DNA from: Nemertoderma westbladi
Taxonomy: Eukaryota > Animalia > Xenacoelomorpha
DNA: 64,000 nt
Direction of reading: 5' to 3'
Assembly: GCA_032718475.1 (NCBI GenBank)
Contig: JAUCBJ010007101.1
Location: 55,381-119,380, forward strand
Both the position numbers and the translations under genes were made by a program. Position 1 is the stretch's first letter, and each line of letters opens with the position of its first letter. The notes beneath the pieces are model-generated. The model saw only the letters and a program-made list of their open reading frames with translations, made no database searches and was not told the DNA's origin. This document shows positions 37,766 through 47,813 of this stretch, one piece after another.

Positions 37766-39780
37766 CAGTCGGGGTCTCAAAGTGCATCTGTTCTTTGAGA
37801 TTTTCTCAAAGAACTAAAAGTGTCTCAAATTTCTAAAAGTGGTCCAAGAAAATGACAAAGTGTCCTCAAAGATTTCAAAGTAGTACTGTCAGTCATTTCA
37901 TACAGTTCTGCCTGAAACTGGCTATGGTATGGGGTATATTGACTTTGACTATAGGGTAAAATATAAGTAATAAAACCTCTATGAAACAATAAAGATGCCT
38001 CCAAAAAATACTGCAGTAATAAATATTTGTTACTGAAAGTAAGAATTAAACTGTTTTTAGAAGTACTAAACTTACTGCAGTAATAAAAAATTGTCTTTTT
38101 CTGCAGTAACAAATAATTTGTTACTGCAGTATAAATGTTTATTCAATTATTTATTCATTTATTAATATTGATTATTGCAGTAATAAATATTTGTTACTGC
38201 CGCAGTAATAAATATTTGTTACTGCAGTAATAAATATTTATTACTGCAGTAATAAATATTTGTTACTGCAGTAATTATTATATGTTACTGCAGTAACTAA
38301 TATTTAATACAGCAGTATTTTTTGTAGGTATTTTTATTGTTTCATAGAGGATTTTATTAATTTATATTTGGACTCTTTAGAGACGCCATAATTGCGGGCT
38401 ATCGGAATGTGTTGGTGTTTGTGTCATAGACAGTTTGTCTGTTGCCCTATCTATATTAATGTATAGTGCTAAAACTGTACTGTTTAAATTTGTTTAGCCC
38501 ACGTGAACGCCGAATACCTTTACCAATGCATTTCAATGGTCAACCAGCCATACTTTGCCGCACTGTAAATTGTGTTATACAAAGTAAAGAATAACGATAG
38601 AGGCAGGAATAAAGATAAATGATTCAAGCGCACTAATTGGCTGTTCCCATAGATGTTTTAGGCATTGTTGGTGCGCAATGCATATGGTCAGAGCGACCGC
38701 CAAGTCTGCCAAAATCTATTATGTAATCAAATGGTACACCAAGCAAAGCAAAGCCTCCGACAGTTCTTTCCGGCTCTGCACCTGTTTGTTGGAAGGTCAC
38801 CGTCCGTAGGTCGCCACTCGCTAGCTGTGATTGATAGCTTAAACTGGGTGCCGCTTTGTCAGAAGGCGGTACACATCAATTGAATATCAGGCAAACATTT
38901 AAAATATGCTCAAATATAAACGCCAGCGGCAGGGGATATTTTAATATCTCTATTAAGTTAAAACAACACAAGAGTGTAGCCGTTCTATCGTACTTGAAAG
39001 TTGAAAGACTTTCTTCGTTTTTAAGAAGAAATTCTCGCGCTCTCGTCACCATAGTTATCATATTAATTAATCAGTTAAGGTAGTACGGTTTGACCTGAGG
39101 TGACTAATGAAATGAATAACAAATGTTATTACAAGCTTTCTCCCAACGGGGCTTCTTTAGGTCATTATAATGAAACTGCATATACACAGAGATACTACAG
39201 TGCAGTTTCTCTTATATTAATTGTTAATATTATATTGTATTATGTTATTAAAATAATCAATCTTGTCAAGCATTAATCTTGTTTCACTAATTATGTTTCA
39301 TGTATTATTTGAATGAATGTTTTTTAGAAAGACTTTAGGGTGCCGTAAATTCAATTTGTACTTGCGACCTAAAACCCATCCCGTAATGACCTCAGGAACC
39401 TCAATTTGATAAATTAATGGGAATATAGCTTCTATGCAACAACTGGCCAGCACACAAGTATCACTTTGTTGCCCGCATAATATTGTTCCCGAGAATGCCT
39501 ATGCCTCTCAGTTAACTTACCACGAGCTGTCAATCAGGAATACCTCGGAGTTTATTTTCTCAAAGAATTAAAAGTGCCGCAAACTACCTCAAAGTGACAT
39601 TTCTCAAAGATTTCAAAGAATTAAAAGTGCCTAAAAGCAGGAAATCACTTTGAGATTCCCAACTAAAAGTGTCTACAAGAATTCAAAGCGGCCGTTGGGA
39701 GTAATGTAATGACTTTTAGACACTTTTAGAAAAACTTTGAGAAAATCTCAAAGAACAGATGCACTTTGAGACCCCGACTG
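37766..39780. mobile_element. Non-autonomous Tc1/mariner-type DNA transposon (2015 bp)
   Basis: Perfect 46-bp TIRs CAGTCGGGGTCTCAAAGTGCATCTGTTCTTTGAGATTTTCTCAAAG; TA duplication; empty site GCCATCTAGTTGTG seen in the other LTRs; no transposase. Confidence 0.9.
37950..38380. repeat. Foldback-like segment with ~22-bp tandem repeats
   Basis: ~60-bp imperfect inverted ends enclosing CTGCAGTAATAAATATTTGTTA repeats. Confidence 0.7.
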
Positions 39781-40110
39781 TAGTTGTGATTAGTATAAGT
39801 CATAACTCTGTTTTTATACTTAAAGCGCCACGTCCTAAAGGAACTGTTAATATTTCCCCGAAAGTAAATATATTGTCAGAGATTATATAGTAACGATCAA
39901 TCGAATAATACAGTAGGTCTACATTGCAATAACTTTCAAGGCATCCGAATCCAGTCTCCCTTAACTGTGGGTGAATGATCGCGCACAGACTGGCTTCGGC
40001 TGATGTAACTTCAGTACACTAAATAAACGATATAGGCTAAAGTCGATTTATAAACAAGAGGACAACTAAAATTGGCAGGTTAAACTGCTAAAGGTCTAAA
40101 AGCGCGAACA

Positions 40111-40991
40111 ATGCCAATAGAGCCCTATAGAAAAAGGGCGTAATGCGGCAGTTTTTCTGAGAATCCTATTCCATTCTGGATTCAGTCCTAAGTTCAGACG
40201 TTTCAGACTTTGCCCAAGAACATCTGATGGCTAGAGTTATAAGAACGCAAATCTAATAACTTATCATACCATATTTCATACCATCACATCAACACATACT
40301 GACTCTGTTCACCGCACTGTCTTAATGCTGTTTTATATTGTTGTTAATTGCTGTTTATATTAATGGATGTTATATTTGGAGAACACCGATAAATAATCGT
40401 AAACCCCTCAACTTTCTTAATTACTGAGGTAAGCAGAAGGGTGTACCGGTAGCAACTGCGACTCAAATTATAGTGGTTTTTGTGTGAATTAAATGCTATT
40501 TCATAATCCCTACGTGTGTCCGTTGCAATCCTCCTTATATATGATCAAAATCAGTAACGGTTAGCAAATTAGTTTGAATTAGTGTAAATTAGTGTGAAGT
40601 AGAGTGAATGTTAATAAAGCATCTCCTAAAGAATGCGCTATTTACGAAACTCAGTAGCCATCTAGTTGTGATTAGTGTAAGTCATAACTCTGTTTTATAC
40701 TTAAAGCGCCACATCCCAAAGGAACTGTTAATATTTCCCCGAAAGTAAATATAGTTGTCGGAGATTATATAGTAGCGATCAATCGAATGATACAAAGTAG
40801 CCTACACTTCAATAACTTTCTCTGGACCCGAATCCAGTCTCCCACACAGTGGGTCATATGCCGCGCACGGACTGGCTTCGGCGGATGTAAATTCAGTACA
40901 CCAGGTAATTGGTAAGGGCAAAAGTCGATTTATAATTAAAAGGACATTTAAATTGGCAGGTTAACTGCTAAAAGGTCTAAAAGCGCGAACA
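40111..40991 (+). repeat. 5'-truncated LTR matching B's 5' LTR
   Basis: Shares TTCAGTACACCAGGTAATTGGTAAGGGCAAAAGTCGATTTATAATTAAAAGGACATTTAAATTGGCAGG with 9231-9299; ends GCGCGAACA. Confidence 0.88.
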
Positions 40992-41146
40992 TGGACGACC
41001 GGCCATAACATATATAGATCAACTTGAAAGGTATACTGAACTTGGGAGAAACGAAATCGCGACAACTATGGAGAATCGGGAAGCCTGGAAGGATCTCATT
41101 TCCACTGTCCGAGTTCGCTCGACCTAGTAGTAGTAGTAGTAGTAGT
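40992..41146 (+). mobile_element. 3' end of an RTE-like LINE
   Basis: Encodes GRPAITYIDQLERYTELGRNEIATTMENREAWKDLISTVRVRST*, followed by a (TAG)n tail. Confidence 0.8.
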
Positions 41147-41368
41147 GTTTTTTTACTAGCTACTGTAGTATTTTTTTGAAAATAACAACATTTCCCTTTT
41201 TTTGTTAACATTATTACAGTAGTTATGGTAGCTATGGTGTTTTTATGGAGCTTGTGAATTATTTACTAGCCAGTAATAGTATGTATGCATTTAAAATGTT
41301 TAAAGCTGATTTTTTTTATATATTGCGCAAGTATACTGTATGTGTTGTTGGTTGGTTAACAAGCTTAA

Positions 41369-44345
41369 GGGGGGGGTATAATAATAGACCATAAATTTTG
41401 GACGCTCTATAGATGCATCTAAAATTATTTTTTTGCTAGGAGTCATATTTTGAGTTTTGTGACTAAGGAATTAAAATTTTGGAAAAATTCAAAATTTTTC
41501 AAAAATTTTATTTTTTCGCCAAAATTTTGCCAAAAAGGCAAAAAATGAAAAAAATGCTAAGGCTTCTAGCCAAATTATCCAAATACTTCAAAACTCACGT
41601 GAGAAAGTCAGTAGGACGTCCCAAACGATTTGCATTGACAAAATTTGGATATCTTGTCGAGAAGAGCAAAAAGCACCAAAAGGGACATTTTTGGTCCAAA
41701 AAATGACCAAAATTTCAAAAATTTGGCCCAATTTTTCGAAAAAATTGAGTTTTTAAAAAAATATCAAAATTTTGTCAATGCATTTTGTAAAGGACCCCAC
41801 AATCATCGATCATGCAAAAAATCAGCACATTTGGGCCATTTTTGACAGAGCCTTAGCATTTTTCGTTTGAAAAATGCTAATTGGAGAAAAACAGGTTTAA
41901 AGTTAAAGTTTGTTTATTTTATTATGAAGTTAAATTTTTGAAATTTCGATTAAATGAGATAAACTCAGTGAATTCTAATAAAATTTTTTTCATCTAGTTC
42001 CAAATTTTATGTAGATTCCAAAAATTGTATTATTATCGCATGTTAATCTTAAGGTCATATTATTTCATATAAAAGACATGTTAAAGGGTGTGAATTTTTT
42101 GACAAAATTTGAACAAAAAACTGAAATCAATAAAAAATAATAATTCAAATTAGGCACTATATTAATATTCATTAATTAAAATTAAATTTAAAAATTTAAA
42201 ATGAAATTTAAAAAGTTAATTAAAAGGCCCCAGATTTATATGACTTATGATCGGGTGCTTGCCATTTCTTTGATGGTTTGTGTTCAGTACTTTTCTGTTT
42301 ACGTTTTAGGTTGACCTTCTTTGCTCGTTCTGCAAGGTCACCATCATCTTCCTCAAGGCCAAGCTTCTTCAAAATTATCTGTTCTGCTGAACACCCCCGA
42401 TTGTGAACTAAAACAGTATACGAAACATGAAACATGAGTGTACTTAGACCCACAAACGTTTCTTTAGATAGACGAGTCCATAGCCGTGAATGCAGAGATT
42501 CGTTCGGATTTTGTGTGAGGCCAGGGATACAGCGTTCCAGAATTTCGCTCGTTGTTAGGCGTTCATAAACAGGTAAAATAAACTTCATGTTTGCCTCTTT
42601 TATAAATGTTACATTTTTGTAACTTATAGCATTGTTTTTGAATTTACACCACTTATTTTCAGGGCATAACTCATGTTGTTTCTCAACATTATCTCCATAA
42701 TCACAATAGTGATGTGTTGCAGCTACGATTTCACTTCGAATCGTGCTTATGAGCACTGATTTTTCAGTCTCTGAGAGTTTATCTATATCAACATCTGCTA
42801 TATTCTTCACGATCGTATTTCGGTAATATGACTGCAATTGGTGACATCGACTATCAGTCAACCCTCCCTTGCCTCCAAGTTTATGAGTTTTGCGAGCATT
42901 GGAAAGACCTGTATATAGACGCTTCGCAACGTGGTTCAGGCACTCTTTCTTCTGCACTGTTACATTCTGCTCTCTGTAAGGATCGGACTCCAATATGTTC
43001 TTCATAACGCTGCTGTCGCCATCCGATACCATTGATTGATATATGACACCATTATTTGATAGCGATCTATTGAATAGTTTAACAGCTAAATGAGGTTCCA
43101 TACCTGAACTGGACCCTGAATAATTTATATTACACTCATGATCAGCATTGCCATCTTCTTCTTTGTTGCGGCTACAAATATTACAGTATTTTGAACAAAC
43201 ATCGAAATCAATGACATGTCCTGTATTTTCGGATATGATAAACGCGGCACCATAAAGTGATTGATGGCCTCTTTTCATCCATGTACCGTCAAAAGATATA
43301 CATATTTCCCTGTCAATCTCTTTCATTGCACAATTTTTTGCATTTCCTCGTGCAAGTGATTCCGTGACCTTCGAGATTTCGTTGACATGAAATTGCCAGG
43401 CTCTCTTCGCAACAGGAGATGGTAGTGACATTATTCTAGAAAACGTCTCTGCATCACCATGGGTCCCACCAACACAAAGCCAAGCCAGTACTGCACGAAG
43501 ATTCACATCCGCTGTTTTTCTTCCAGGACGAGGTTCAGTTCGAGAAACTTGGTCGCTCGTGAAAGTAGAATATTGCCAATCACAACGTGAACATTTCCCC
43601 TCAAAATTGGTACTATAACCACGATGTGACTCATTTATCACTACTGTACCGTCACATTGCTTATCATCATGTTTCTCCATTATCAGTTTCTTTATTATTT
43701 GCGTTGCTACAACGTTATATCCCTCCAACTTTCCATCTGAGGGTAGGACATTCAGATTCGATGCTATTAGCGACGGTCATGACGGTTCTCGATCTTTTGG
43801 CACTACCGGTACCGGTACTGAAATCGATTTCATATGCGCGAGGTTCAATGTACCGGTATCTTGTTTCTTGGTTCCTCGAAATCCTGCTTTCCGTTGTTGA
43901 GTTATTCGTGGCATACTGTATTATAAAAATTATATCGTCAACGATGTATGTACAATTTTCGATTCGAAGATGGAGGACGCTCTATAGTCTGTGTCCGTCA
44001 AAACTGCTGATTGCATTGATTGAAACACCAATACAGCATACAGTTAGTAACTAAAACATAACAATGTGCAAATTCTCGTTTTAAACTTCCCGCTAAAATA
44101 CATTCCAACCTGTAATAACTTATTAGCCAATACAATGATTTCAGTGCAACAAGCCGGAAATTTTGTTAATTTTTGTCATTTTTTTCAAATAATTTTCAGG
44201 ATGCGTGTCGATATAATGAGCCATAACTCGAAAACTAGACAAGCTAGAAATAAACTGTTTACAGATTTGAAATCTCCATAAAATTTGCTACAAGAAACGG
44301 GTATAAAATTTTTTTTATATTTTTTGACCCCAATTATTATACCCC
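41369..44345 (-). mobile_element. Kolobok-type DNA transposon, right TIR cut by copy F
   Basis: TTAA (41365-41368) then GGGGGGGGTATAATAAT; inverted ATTATTATACCCC at 44333-44345; DDE transposase inside. Confidence 0.75.
42220..43914 (-). pseudogene. Kolobok-like ('Mutator-like') DDE transposase with one premature TGA
   Basis: SFDGTWMKRG, KYCNIC, SDGDS, ECLNHVAKR, TQNPNES; in-frame ATG at 43914 (MPRITQQRKAGFRG...) with a single TGA at 43777-43779 ahead of the 502-aa track ORF. Confidence 0.85.
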
Positions 44346-45578
44346 TGTAAAAGCTTCTGTGGGATATAACTGGCCCTTTTGCTTCGCAATCCAGTTTCCC
44401 CCCAGGCGCTGGAATACTCTAAAAGGCTCTCTAACTATATATATGTCCCCCTCGCCCGCAAGGTACCGTTATAGGTGTTTTAACGGACATAAAAGTCATT
44501 CTTATATATACGTGCTTTGGAGGACATGGTAAGGCAAAAAACCCGCAATGCACCAAATACCCTTACACAGCTTAGCCTTGATGATTCAGATTGCGACATC
44601 TAACAGCTGGTTGCTGACATGGAAACGGCCATTGGACACATGGTTCTTTGTTTAGCTTAAGCCAATCAGAGCGATTTTTTCTGTCGATGTGGAGATATTC
44701 GGCCGATGATACTAGGAGTGTTCAGTCTTACTGTTTTTGTGATACTGTTGTGTTCCTTCTATCTAGGCCAGGAACACCGGCTCTAGAGTCAATTCGTTTC
44801 AGACTTTAGAAGAAACATTAGTAGGCTTAAGATTATAGAGCGTATAACTGTTATCGGTCCAGTCAAACAGTGTTACCATCTTAACCTACCGTCTTAATGC
44901 TATTTACTGTTGTGTTTTGGTTGAATATTATTATTTGGAGAACATTTATAAAGAACCCAAATTTCCCAATTTTCTTGATACACTACAGGTTAGAGAGACG
45001 GGTTATATATAGCGATTGCGACTTATATTGTTGTGGTTTGTAGTGAATTTAATGCTATTTGATAAGCACTACATGAGTCCGTTGCTGCTCTCTTTATATA
45101 TGATAAAATTCATTGACGGTCGGCAAATTAGTGAGCAGTATTGTGTGTTACCGGTAGTGTGCCTGATTGTGACTGATAACTAAGCATTTGCTAAAGAATG
45201 CGTCTCATACGTGAATCATAAGCCTTACCGACTTACCGTTGTGATTAGTATAAGTCATATCTCTGTTTACCTAGATAGAGCGCCACGTCCTAAAGGAACT
45301 GTTAATATTTCCCGAAAGTGAATAATATTAGTCAGAAACTATTTATTAACGATCAATCGAATAATACAGTAAGCTTACACTGCAATAATAATCTAAGCCC
45401 TCAGAATCCAGTCTCCCGGGTATATCCAGCGGGTGAATGGACGCGCACTAGGCTGGCTTCTGCTAATGTTGTGTTTATTGGTATTAAATATTTGTCAACT
45501 TCTAAAGTCTATTTATAAACCAAAAGACATATAAATTTTGGCAGGTTAAACTGCTAAAGGTCTTCAAAAGCGCGTACA
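44346..45578 (+). repeat. 5' LTR of copy F
   Basis: TGTAAAAGC...GCGCGTACA; CCAAT motif near 44662. Confidence 0.96.
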
Positions 45579-45589
45579 ATAACAGTTAT
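45579..45589 (+). promoter_or_regulatory. Putative self-primer binding site (no tRNA PBS)
   Basis: ATAACAGTTAT is the exact complement of ATAACTGTTAT at 44844-44854; co-varying equivalents in A, B and C. Confidence 0.7.
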
Positions 45590-45644
45590 TGACTTTATTG
45601 CAGTAAGCAATAAAGTTGAAAGTACCGGTCGACCGGTAAACCTG

Positions 45645-45770
45645 AACCGGTACTTCTGTAGGTCAGTAGGCCCAACTGCCAGAACCGGTACTGCTGTAGG
45701 TCCGTAGGTCCAACTGCCAGAACCGGTACTTCTGTAGGTCTGTAGGCCCAACTGTCCTAACCGGTACTTC
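45645..45770 (+). repeat. 38-bp tandem repeat in the leader (about 3 units)
   Basis: AACCGGTACTTCTGTAGGTCAGTAGGCCCAACTGCCAG; about 2 units in A (4620-4710). Confidence 0.85.
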
Positions 45771-47813
45771 CAGTATAAGTACATTAGTATTATTTCGATT
45801 GTGATCTATTGTATATTGTGGGCTGCCAGGGGAATAGGGATTGATCACCCCTCATTCTTTTGTATAGTTTACTTATTTCTGTCAGTTTTATTTCCTAGTA
45901 AGTTAATATTGAGCTGAAGACGTGTAAGTCTGCTCAGATTGTTCAGATAATTGTAGGCCGGACTGTTGTCGGATTGTTGTTGGGTTTGGAGAGATTACGG
46001 CGTGTGTAGAGTTTGTCCGATAGAGTGCCAGTTAGTAAGTTGGGGCAGCCATAGCTGTAAGGTCAATCCCCTCTTAAAGAATAAGTCGTACTACCGTGTT
46101 AGAACGCATACTAACTAACCATTTTGGAATCTGCACATACTGTAGTTTATTTAGGCTTGACAGTACTCTGCCAGCGTTTTGGCCTGTGTTTGTTTGTGTG
46201 GTCTGTTCAGGTACCGTAATAGTTATTACTCAGATATTTTGTAGGCTGGATTGTTGTCAAGCTATTATTAGGTCTGAAGAGATTGCTGCGTGTGTAGAGT
46301 TTGTCTGATAAAGTGCCAGTTAGTAAGTTGGGGCAGCCAGTGCTGTAAGGTCAATCCCCTCTTAAAGAATAAGTCGTACTACCGTGTTAGAACGCATACT
46401 AACTAACCATTTTGGAATCTGCACATACTGTAGTTTATTTAGGCTTGGTGGTAGTCTGCCAGCGTTTGGTTTGTATTTGTTTGAGTATTCTGTACGGGTA
46501 GCGTAATATTTATTATTCAGAGTTTATGCGATTATTCGCAACATTCATGTCCCCAAGTTTATACCTACAGTAATTGTGCTTGTTACACATACCGTTATAG
46601 TTAAATTAACCCCGGTACTACACGGGCTGCTTGGCGTAGGAAAAGACTGGTGACTTTGTGCTTCGGTCACTCCAGCAGATGCCGTGGTTCTTTTAACTGT
46701 TCAAGTATATTTAACTACTGATTATTTGTTGTACCAGTACTTGTACCTAATGTAGGGTTTAGTGTACAGTGCTTTCCGAGGTAATTAGTGTGTAGGCAGT
46801 ATATTTGTGTTGTAAAGTGGTTAATAGGCACGCTGGATCTGGTAGTCCGCGGTAATTAACTTCTAGGTAGGAACACTCCGTGATACATAACGTAGTACCT
46901 ATAGCGATACGGTTATAGGTCGTCAGGCAGTGGTATTTTCCTATCTGGACAGTGCAATATATTTACTACTACTTATTATTTTCAAATACCGTAGTACCCT
47001 GTCCGTTGTAATAACCAGAATTCTAACCCTTTGTTAGGCTGGTTTGTAGACTTCCTGTAAAATTACCCTAAAATTTCGTACGTAATATTTTTGTTGTGTT
47101 TAATTAGAGATTTAATCTCACCCGTATCGTAAGTAATTTGTAGTATTAAGTAACTTAGGTAAATTAGAATTATCTGTTTTAGTGTCCCATAGGTAGCACT
47201 TCACTGAGAGCGCACAGCTTCCGTGTAGTGACTCCCCCAGAAATAATAACATTTATTTCAAATATTGACAAAACCCATTTTAAACGGGTATATATCTATT
47301 ATAAATCAACTCAAACGATTTATAAATAGTAGGCCTGCCATACAACAACTAGGTCTCAATATCAGTTGGACTACTGCTTAAATAACGGTAATAAAGTAAG
47401 TTAAAGTGACCAAGTAACCCTAAAAATATTCAGAAATTCAATTATTCTAAAATATTTGACATACCGGTATTTACCATAGGCTTATTATATTTATTTCTAT
47501 AAATTTGAGCTGAAATCATACCGGTACTCTGTAATTAATTCTAGTCCATAATTATACTTATATATACTATCAGTGTAAGCTGTATACCGGTATTCACTAT
47601 AGGCCTATTATATATTTATATATATTTGTGCTAAAATTATATACCGGTACTCTGTGACAAACCTAGTTTACAATACTTATATATACTATAAGTGTATACC
47701 GGTATTCTAATATACTGTAATAAATTAACGGTACTAGGCCAACGGTCATACTGAATTACTAGACTTGCTTTAACTGTAACTATAGCAGTAAGCATTCAAC
47801 TGTATAGCTAAAC

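Larger units (their letters stand above)
36932..40110 (+). repeat. LTR of a sister subfamily following B's PPT, interrupted by a DNA transposon
   Basis: PPT-like TGGGAGTGG then TGTAAAAGC; first 49 bp duplicated; ends GCGCGAACA; diverged from B's 5' LTR. Confidence 0.85.
8888..40991 (+). mobile_element. BEL/Pao LTR retrotransposon copy B (decayed autonomous type, roughly 16 kb without nested insertions)
   Basis: Partial 5' LTR 8888-9330, leader, gag-PR-RT-RH-IN pseudogene, long 3' region, accessory ORF, PPT, 3' LTR sequences; internal sequence is continuous across the insertion sites of C, the RTE and the small retroposon. Confidence 0.9.

Noticed and set aside
40992-41010. TGG after an LTR as a tRNA PBS
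   Set aside because: It follows a 3' LTR and is part of an RTE coding fragment (GRP motif)
43587-44054. 155-aa ORF as a Kolobok second protein
   Set aside because: Antisense overlap of the transposase N-terminus with no recognisable motif
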